In this document: piece after piece, positions 23,093-29,274 of the stretch
Layout: each line of letters opens with the position of its first letter
Position numbering within the stretch: the stretch's first letter is position 1
Translations under genes and position numbers: made by a program
The notes under the pieces: generated by a model
What the model saw: the letters and a program-made list of their open reading frames with translations, nothing else
Database searches by the model: none
What the model was told of the DNA's origin: nothing
Origin: Candidatus Saccharimonadota bacterium
GTDB lineage: Bacteria; Patescibacteriota; Saccharimonadia; Saccharimonadales; Saccharimonadaceae
Length of the DNA stretch: 29,274 nt
Assembly (NCBI GenBank): GCA_020428265.1
Contig: JAGQND010000001.1
Span: forward strand, 1 to 29,274
Direction: 5' to 3'

Positions 23093-25276
23093 ATGATTTC
23101 AGCACAAACAAACGTTCAGAAAATTCTCAATGCGTCGGAAACTTACTACGAAATACCGAACTTTCAAAGACCATATGCTTGGCAAACAGCGAACGCTAAC
23201 GAGTTTTTGCAAGACCTCGAAGATAGTGTCGTAAAGCACAGAAATCACTATTTTGGGACTGTGGTACTGGTAGAAGACACCGCAAGTAGTTACTCTGTTG
23301 CTATAATCGACGGCCAGCAACGCGTTACAACAGCCCTGTTGATGGTAACCGCTATATATCATCTGGTCAAAAAAGATCCTTCGTTAATAGACAATCCCGA
23401 AACGACTCCCGAACTTATACGCGACCGCTACTTATTCAATGCGAATATCGATAAGAATAAAGTTAAACTACGAACCGTAACGACTGACAATCAAATTTTG
23501 CAACATATATTCGACAAAGATGGCGAAGAGTCTAGGCTTGAACCACGTGAGCGTGCAAGCAATATATACCAGGTATATTCTACGTTTCGTAAATATTTCG
23601 CCACACGAAGAGGCTTAGACAAGTACATAGACGGCTTACGACTATTCGAAATTATATCAATCATACTTAACAGCAACGATGATAATCCGCAACGAGTATT
23701 TGAAAGCATAAACTCAACAGGCAAGCCACTAACTGATGGTGATAAAATTCGTAACTTTGCACTAATGCTAAATAATGATAAACTGCGCGACCGAGTATAC
23801 GAAAAATACTGGTCAATCATAGAAGAATCACTAGTAGATTCCAGTAAAGACAACATTACAGATTTTTTCCGTAGTTACATAGTATCAAAACGACAGGCAG
23901 TTGTACGCCTAGATTCCGTGTACCCAGAATTCAAAAAACAATTTAATAAAAATGTTGGTGACGAACAGCAAGAAGATAAAATTGACACGTTTTACTCCGA
24001 TATCATAGAATCACTAGGTTTTTACAAGTTACTCAAACTAACCGACACTAATGATTTTAGTTCTACATATAAGCCCATTAGTGAAACCATATTCAAAATG
24101 CGGTACTTGCAAATAGATCTGTATATACCATTTGCTATGAATATACTGCGTCACCATGCGGCTGGATACCTCACAAACACGCAGCTAAAAGATGTATTCC
24201 AGTTAATCGAAATATATTTCTCGCGCCGTATTGTTAGTGGGGTAGATACTACAAGTGTTGACCGATTTTTGGCGTCACTACACAAAGACGTACTTAGCTA
24301 TCAAAAGTCAAATCCCGAAGTAGATTACGTAAACATACTACGCTACATATTGCTCAACCGTATTGGTCAAACAAGATTGCCAAACGACACGGAATACGAA
24401 AACGCGATACGCACGCGCGATGCCTATTACATGCGCGGCTCATTCTTAACTTACGTACTGACCGCCGCCGAAGAATCTTCTAAAGAAGCTGTGCATACGC
24501 TGCATCAAATATCTGACGGTAAACTCAAACTATCAATCGAGCACGTGATGCCGCAAACACTTGCTAGCAAGGACTGGCAAAATATGCTTGGTGATGATTT
24601 TGAGCGTATTCACCGAGACTACTTGCACACACTAGCCAACTTAACATTAACCGGCTACAACTCTGAGTATTCAAACCGACCATACCACGAAAAAATGAAC
24701 CTTGAAGTAAAAGACAAAAAGACAGGTGAAGTACATAAAGTTGGATTTGCTGACAGCAAATTGCCACTTAATGAATGGATTGCAAAACACGACACCTGGG
24801 ACGAAGGTACGTTAATAGAGCGTCAGAAATGGTGGATCAAAAGTTTGCAAAAAACTTGGCCCATACCAACAACAAGTTTTCAACCCACAGAAGAAGACAC
24901 TTCTATATACCTATTAGACACAACAGACCTTAAGGGCAGAACTGTACGCTCAGTGGAAATATTTGGCGAAGTCACTTCGGTGACAACTTGGTCAGAAACT
25001 TTAGATACCATAACCGAAGCGATTTATAACCGAAACCCAGATTTTATAGAAAGAGTCATTGACGACGAATATCTATCTAAATGGATTCGCCAGGATTCAA
25101 GCTCATTTTATAACAGTGTAGAAATCCTAGACACTGGATATTACGTAGACACGGGAACCGACACAAACACTAAGTTGCGCTTGATTGCGGCACTAGGCAA
25201 AGAATTCAATCTAGCGACGAATGACATAAAAGCGGAACTAACCGCCAAGAAAAGCACCGACGAAGAAGAACTGTAA
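23093..25276 (+). CDS. GmrSD-family (DUF262 + DUF1524) modification-dependent restriction endonuclease with an extra C-terminal domain
   Basis: IPNFQRPYAW, IIDGQQRVTT, VFESINSTG (DUF262); SIEHVMPQ, LANLTL, NSEYSN (DUF1524 HNH-like). Confidence 0.9.
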   Translation: MISAQTNVQKILNASETYYEIPNFQRPYAWQTANANEFLQDLEDSVVKHRNHYFGTVVLVEDTASSYSVAIIDGQQRVTTALLMVTAIYHLVKKDPSLIDNPETTPELIRDRYLFNANIDKNKVKLRTVTTDNQILQHIFDKDGEESRLEPRERASNIYQVYSTFRKYFATRRGLDKYIDGLRLFEIISIILNSNDDNPQRVFESINSTGKPLTDGDKIRNFALMLNNDKLRDRVYEKYWSIIEESLVDSSKDNITDFFRSYIVSKRQAVVRLDSVYPEFKKQFNKNVGDEQQEDKIDTFYSDIIESLGFYKLLKLTDTNDFSSTYKPISETIFKMRYLQIDLYIPFAMNILRHHAAGYLTNTQLKDVFQLIEIYFSRRIVSGVDTTSVDRFLASLHKDVLSYQKSNPEVDYVNILRYILLNRIGQTRLPNDTEYENAIRTRDAYYMRGSFLTYVLTAAEESSKEAVHTLHQISDGKLKLSIEHVMPQTLASKDWQNMLGDDFERIHRDYLHTLANLTLTGYNSEYSNRPYHEKMNLEVKDKKTGEVHKVGFADSKLPLNEWIAKHDTWDEGTLIERQKWWIKSLQKTWPIPTTSFQPTEEDTSIYLLDTTDLKGRTVRSVEIFGEVTSVTTWSETLDTITEAIYNRNPDFIERVIDDEYLSKWIRQDSSSFYNSVEILDTGYYVDTGTDTNTKLRLIAALGKEFNLATNDIKAELTAKKSTDEEEL

Positions 25277-25373
25277 TACGCTAGACTACACACGGTAACA
25301 TTGATTAAAACACCGTAGTATGTCACAGTAGAAGCACATAGGTGGCGCACATTACACGGAGAGGAACGCTATC

Positions 25374-26591
25374 ATGTCTTTTTCACTGGAAGTTCCAGAG
25401 GAAGTTAAGGACCTGCGAGACTGGGTTCACGAATTTGCTGAGCGCAAGATTCGCCCGGCTGCAGCCGAGTGGGATGAACGCGAAGAAACACCCTGGCCCA
25501 TCATCCAAGAAGCTGCGCAGGCGAGTATATACACGCCGGAATTTTTTGCGCAAATGGCTTTTGAGGAGAGCGGCCTGCTAACGCCAATCGTCTACGAAGA
25601 GATGTTTTGGGGTGACGCGGGAATATCACTCGCTATCATGGGCACTGGCCTAGCTGCAGCGGCGTTGTCGACCAACGCCATAGCAACCGCACCCGAGCAG
25701 CTTGCGTGGCTAGGGCCAATGTTTGGTACACCAAGTGAGCCGCAGGTTGGGGCATTCTGTTCGTCAGAGCCTGAGGCTGGGTCGGATGTAAGCGCCATGA
25801 AAACGCGCGCTCGCTACGACGAAGCTGCCAAGGAATGGGTGCTAAACGGCACCAAAACCTGGGCTACGAATGGCGGCATAGCCAACGTGCACATCGTGAT
25901 GGCATCGGTACACCCAGACCTTGGGTCGCGCGGCCAAGCGATGTTCATAGTACCACCAAGTACACGTGGCTTAAGCCAAGGTCAAAAGTTCAAAAAGCAT
26001 GGCATTCGCGCCAGTCACACGGCCGAAGTTGTACTAGATGACGTGCGACTACCCGCCAACTTGATAGTGGGGGGCAAAGACGCGTTTGACCAACGCGTAG
26101 CACGAGCACGCGAGGGCAGGCGAACCAGCGGCCAAGCAGCCATGGCGACGTTTGAGCGCACGCGACCGACAGTGGGTGCTATGGCACTTGGTGTAGCTCG
26201 TGCGGCGTACGAATACGCGCTAGACTACTCCAAGGTTCGCAAGCAATTCGGGCGACCGATTGGTGATTTTCAGGGCACGGCGTTCAAACTAGCCGACATG
26301 AAAATGCGAATCGAAGCGTCGCGCCTACTGGTGTGGAATGCAGCCTGGATGGCCCGCAACAACAAGCCATTCACATGCGCCGAAGGTAGCATGGCCAAGC
26401 TGCACGCCAGCGAAACGGCTGTGTATGTAACCGACGAAGCTATCCAAATACTGGGTGGCAACGGCTACACACGCGACTACCCAGTGGAACGCATGCACCG
26501 CGATGCGAAGATTTTCACAATCTTCGAGGGCACCAGCGAAATCCAACGCTTAGTGATGGCGCGCACGCTCACCGGACTACCAATCCGCTAG
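25374..26591 (+). CDS. Acyl-CoA dehydrogenase
   Basis: [51 protein letters not shown], catalytic-Glu motif [10 protein letters not shown]; SD GGAGAGG upstream. Confidence 0.95.
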   Translation: MSFSLEVPEEVKDLRDWVHEFAERKIRPAAAEWDEREETPWPIIQEAAQASIYTPEFFAQMAFEESGLLTPIVYEEMFWGDAGISLAIMGTGLAAAALSTNAIATAPEQLAWLGPMFGTPSEPQVGAFCSSEPEAGSDVSAMKTRARYDEAAKEWVLNGTKTWATNGGIANVHIVMASVHPDLGSRGQAMFIVPPSTRGLSQGQKFKKHGIRASHTAEVVLDDVRLPANLIVGGKDAFDQRVARAREGRRTSGQAAMATFERTRPTVGAMALGVARAAYEYALDYSKVRKQFGRPIGDFQGTAFKLADMKMRIEASRLLVWNAAWMARNNKPFTCAEGSMAKLHASETAVYVTDEAIQILGGNGYTRDYPVERMHRDAKIFTIFEGTSEIQRLVMARTLTGLPIR

Positions 26592-26598
26592 CCGGACA

Positions 26599-26625
26599 AG
26601 CGGCAGGTCGCTACGACTTGCCGCT
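26599..26625. terminator. Hairpin between convergent genes, probable bidirectional terminator
   Basis: AGCGGCAGGTCG-cta-CGACTTGCCGCT, 12 bp with one G-U pair. Confidence 0.75.
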
Positions 26626-26652
26626 ATTTAAATTGGTGACCTAGACCCTAAA

Positions 26653-28572
26653 CTACTCGTCGCGCATGTCGTTGATAGGGTTGCGGCGTGCACCTAGAAG
26701 TATAGGTATAATAGATGCCAATATACTTGCAGCCACAATGGTGCCTATTATGATAGCTAATAGTAACAAAGGAATGCCGATTATATGAAACTCTAAACCA
26801 GGCTGAATCTTGGCAAACGCGAGCTGTGCGGCCACAGTAGCTTGCTGTGTAATATACATATCCGCCATGACTGATATAACCGAGCCTAACACCAGCGCAA
26901 ATACGACCACACGTAGCGAAAGTAGTAGCACGTATGCACCGTAGATACTAGAAATATCCACTCGAGTGGCACCAATAGCCCGAAATACCGCACTCTCACG
27001 GCGACTATCGGCCACAGTACGGCCTATGACACCCCATAGAATGATAACCGCCACGCCACCTATAAACACTAGCGCCCATAGTATGTACTTTTGAAAACCA
27101 GCACCAAGCTCATCGAGCATCAGAGCATTGCTGCCAAATGGCATACCCCAAACATGCGAACCGGTGCGCGTCACGTCATCTAACACTCGCTTTGCGTCTA
27201 CCTTATTGTCAAACTCTACTAGGTATGTAGTTTGCATGTGCAGCATGATAGTATTTACTCTACTAGCTTTACTGTTCCCAGACTTATCTGTAAAAACACG
27301 GTCTGGCTGAGAATCAGCCGGCAACTTAGCATACAAATCACCCGGAACACTCCAGGTACCATAGCCAAGCCCAGCATTAAACGCATAAGAAATCATAGAC
27401 TGCAGACCCGAAGCCTCGGGGCCACCACCAAAATTATCACCCGAAACACCTACACCGCGCACCGTGAATTTGCGCTGCACAGGCTCGCCCAGATCGGTGC
27501 CAAGTTCCTGTTCGTAAGCTTTCATATTAGCATCGTACTTTTTTTGCTCGGCAGTACGCGTATCAGACACTATGGTTGTCGCGCCGCAATCTTGTGACGG
27601 CTCACTATACACTACATCAGGCTTGGTATAATCTTTGGTTTTGGAGTATTTTTTGATGTACTCCCGCTGTTGCACAGCTTGCTCGTGCAGTGAAGTAGAA
27701 GCCTCATTACGATAACAAAATCCAACCGCAATATCACCCACATGCGCTATAACATACGCCAGCCTATCGCGCTGTTCCTGGCTAGTAGCTTTGGTGCCAA
27801 GCGGGTCCAATTTCAATAAATATTGTGCTTCACTAAACGGAATTATCACCGGAATCTCCCCAGATTTAGGGTCGTATTTCGTATTTGTCACATAAGGCTT
27901 AGCCAAACTTCCGTCCAGTACGCTCAAACTACTTGGAGGCTGCACAGAGCTAGGTCTGCCGTCAGTTTTTTGGTCAGACTGGTTATCGGCCCCTTGCTCC
28001 TTGCCAGCCGGCATGTAATTTAGCGCTCCATCTTGCGGCACCATAGGGCCAAACTTACCGCGCATAGTATAGCCACTATATTGCTTCATAAAATCATTGG
28101 CATCAAATGGCTTAAAATTCGCAAAACGCCACTCATCGGCCACTTGTTGCACCGCGGCATCGTCGTATTTATCTGGCTGTATGACTTTTTTGCGTGTGTC
28201 GGGGTCTATAGTTACGGGCGAAGGATACGCACTTGCGTCAAACGGCACATGATATTTGGCAGATATAGTTTTGACACGCTTCAACTCATCGCTGTATGCA
28301 GTTTCTACTTCGGCTATAAACTTAGAATTCTGCGCATTTTCGTATAAGTCCGTACCCGGAATATCGCTAGACTGCAAAGCAAGTATAAACCTACTACTAA
28401 GCCCCGTACGCGAAAACCGATTGATACTATCTGTAGAACCCTGCACCACTACGGCCGCAGCAATAATAACGCCAAAAAGTATGCCCGCTATACCAACGGT
28501 CAGACCGGTGCGAACTTTATGCGTACGCATTTTAGTGCGCGCTAGCACGAGCACATCAAGCGGATTCATCAT
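26653..28572 (-). CDS. FtsX/MacB-family ABC permease with a large extracytoplasmic domain
   Basis: RTHKVRTGLTVGIAG N-terminal TM; C-terminal RRESAVFRAIGATRVDI followed by TMs; ends ARRNPINDMRDE. Confidence 0.85.
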   Translation of the reverse strand: MMNPLDVLVLARTKMRTHKVRTGLTVGIAGILFGVIIAAAVVVQGSTDSINRFSRTGLSSRFILALQSSDIPGTDLYENAQNSKFIAEVETAYSDELKRVKTISAKYHVPFDASAYPSPVTIDPDTRKKVIQPDKYDDAAVQQVADEWRFANFKPFDANDFMKQYSGYTMRGKFGPMVPQDGALNYMPAGKEQGADNQSDQKTDGRPSSVQPPSSLSVLDGSLAKPYVTNTKYDPKSGEIPVIIPFSEAQYLLKLDPLGTKATSQEQRDRLAYVIAHVGDIAVGFCYRNEASTSLHEQAVQQREYIKKYSKTKDYTKPDVVYSEPSQDCGATTIVSDTRTAEQKKYDANMKAYEQELGTDLGEPVQRKFTVRGVGVSGDNFGGGPEASGLQSMISYAFNAGLGYGTWSVPGDLYAKLPADSQPDRVFTDKSGNSKASRVNTIMLHMQTTYLVEFDNKVDAKRVLDDVTRTGSHVWGMPFGSNALMLDELGAGFQKYILWALVFIGGVAVIILWGVIGRTVADSRRESAVFRAIGATRVDISSIYGAYVLLLSLRVVVFALVLGSVISVMADMYITQQATVAAQLAFAKIQPGLEFHIIGIPLLLLAIIIGTIVAASILASIIPILLGARRNPINDMRDE

Positions 28573-29274
28573 ACCAGCACACCGTCCTTCATTTTTATTT
28601 CGCGGTCGGCACGGCGGGCTATATCTGGGTCGTGCGTGACTATCACTACAGTAGTATTAAACTCGTCGCGAATAGCTTCGAATAGGTCTATTATGGCTTT
28701 GCTATTTTCGCTATCTAGGTTGCCAGTTGGCTCATCGGCTAGCAATATTTTGGGCTGGTTCATAAGAGCACGCGCTATGGCTGCACGCTGCATTTGGCCA
28801 CCCGACATTTCCTTGGGCAAATGCTTCAGCCGGTCACCCAAGCCCACTTTGCCAGCAAGCTCAGACACTCGCTCACCGCGACTACGACGCGGGTTTCTGG
28901 CAAACATACTGGGTACTTCTAGGTTGCGACTCAAGCTCAAAAACGGCTGCAAATAGAAAAACTGAAACACAAAACCAATGGTCTGGCGACGAAATATAGA
29001 CAGCTTTTTATCGCTGAGTTTAGCCAGTGACACGTCGCCGTATAGCACTTCGCCGCTAGTAGGCTTGTCGAGCCCGCCGAGCATGTGGAGTAGGGTACTT
29101 TTGCCACTACCGCTAGCGCCAGTTATGGCCACAAATTCTCCCTCGCGGATTTCTATATCTACACCTTTTAGCACTTCGAGTTTTTGCTTGCCCAGCTTGT
29201 ATGTTTTGCGCAAATCTTCGGTATGCAGCAGCACCGGGCCAGCCGGGCGCGCAGGCTTTTTAGGCTTCTTTTTC
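28569..29274 (-). CDS. ABC transporter ATP-binding protein (LolD/MacB type), probably 5'-truncated by the window
   Basis: GASGSGKST, FVFQ, MSGGQMQRAAIARAL, LLADEPTGNLD, VTHD. The frame stays open upstream of GTG 29234 (KKKPKKPARPAGP) to the window edge. Confidence 0.93.
   Translation of the reverse strand, partial: KKKPKKPARPAGPVLLHTEDLRKTYKLGKQKLEVLKGVDIEIREGEFVAITGASGSGKSTLLHMLGGLDKPTSGEVLYGDVSLAKLSDKKLSIFRRQTIGFVFQFFYLQPFLSLSRNLEVPSMFARNPRRSRGERVSELAGKVGLGDRLKHLPKEMSGGQMQRAAIARALMNQPKILLADEPTGNLDSENSKAIIDLFEAIRDEFNTTVVIVTHDPDIARRADREIKMKDGVLV

Noticed and set aside
12963-26591. Intact genomic island or prophage downstream of tRNA-Asn
   Set aside because: No integrase, transposase or phage structural genes, and no further copy of the 17-bp repeat was noticed downstream.

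Overview
Bacterial chromosomal window (genetic code 11, densely coding). The gene set looks like Candidatus Saccharibacteria/Patescibacteria; this is inferred from gene style only. Left arm (- strand): a 2058-aa surface protein with nested domains and a 14-blade W-rich propeller insert, followed directly by a MacB/LolD-type ABC ATPase and a permease that is cut by the window edge. Centre (+ strand): an uncharacterised tandem calcineurin-like phosphoesterase with a small His-rich partner, a WxL-like/DUF916-like surface pair, tRNA-Asn(GTT) with a duplicated 3' end, then yjjX, apt (- strand), rpiB, a HAD hydrolase, a membrane protein, nhaA and an SGNH hydrolase. Right: a high-GC actinobacterial-type lipoprotein, DUF2130, a divergent Ham1, a GmrSD (DUF262/DUF1524) nuclease with a SeqA-like C-terminus, a high-GC acyl-CoA dehydrogenase, and a second ABC ATPase/permease pair on the - strand. 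G/C skew appears to invert near 17.5 kb. Several genes appear to be transcribed leaderless. No CRISPR array, integrase, transposase or rRNA was seen. All family calls come from motif recognition by eye; no database was searched.
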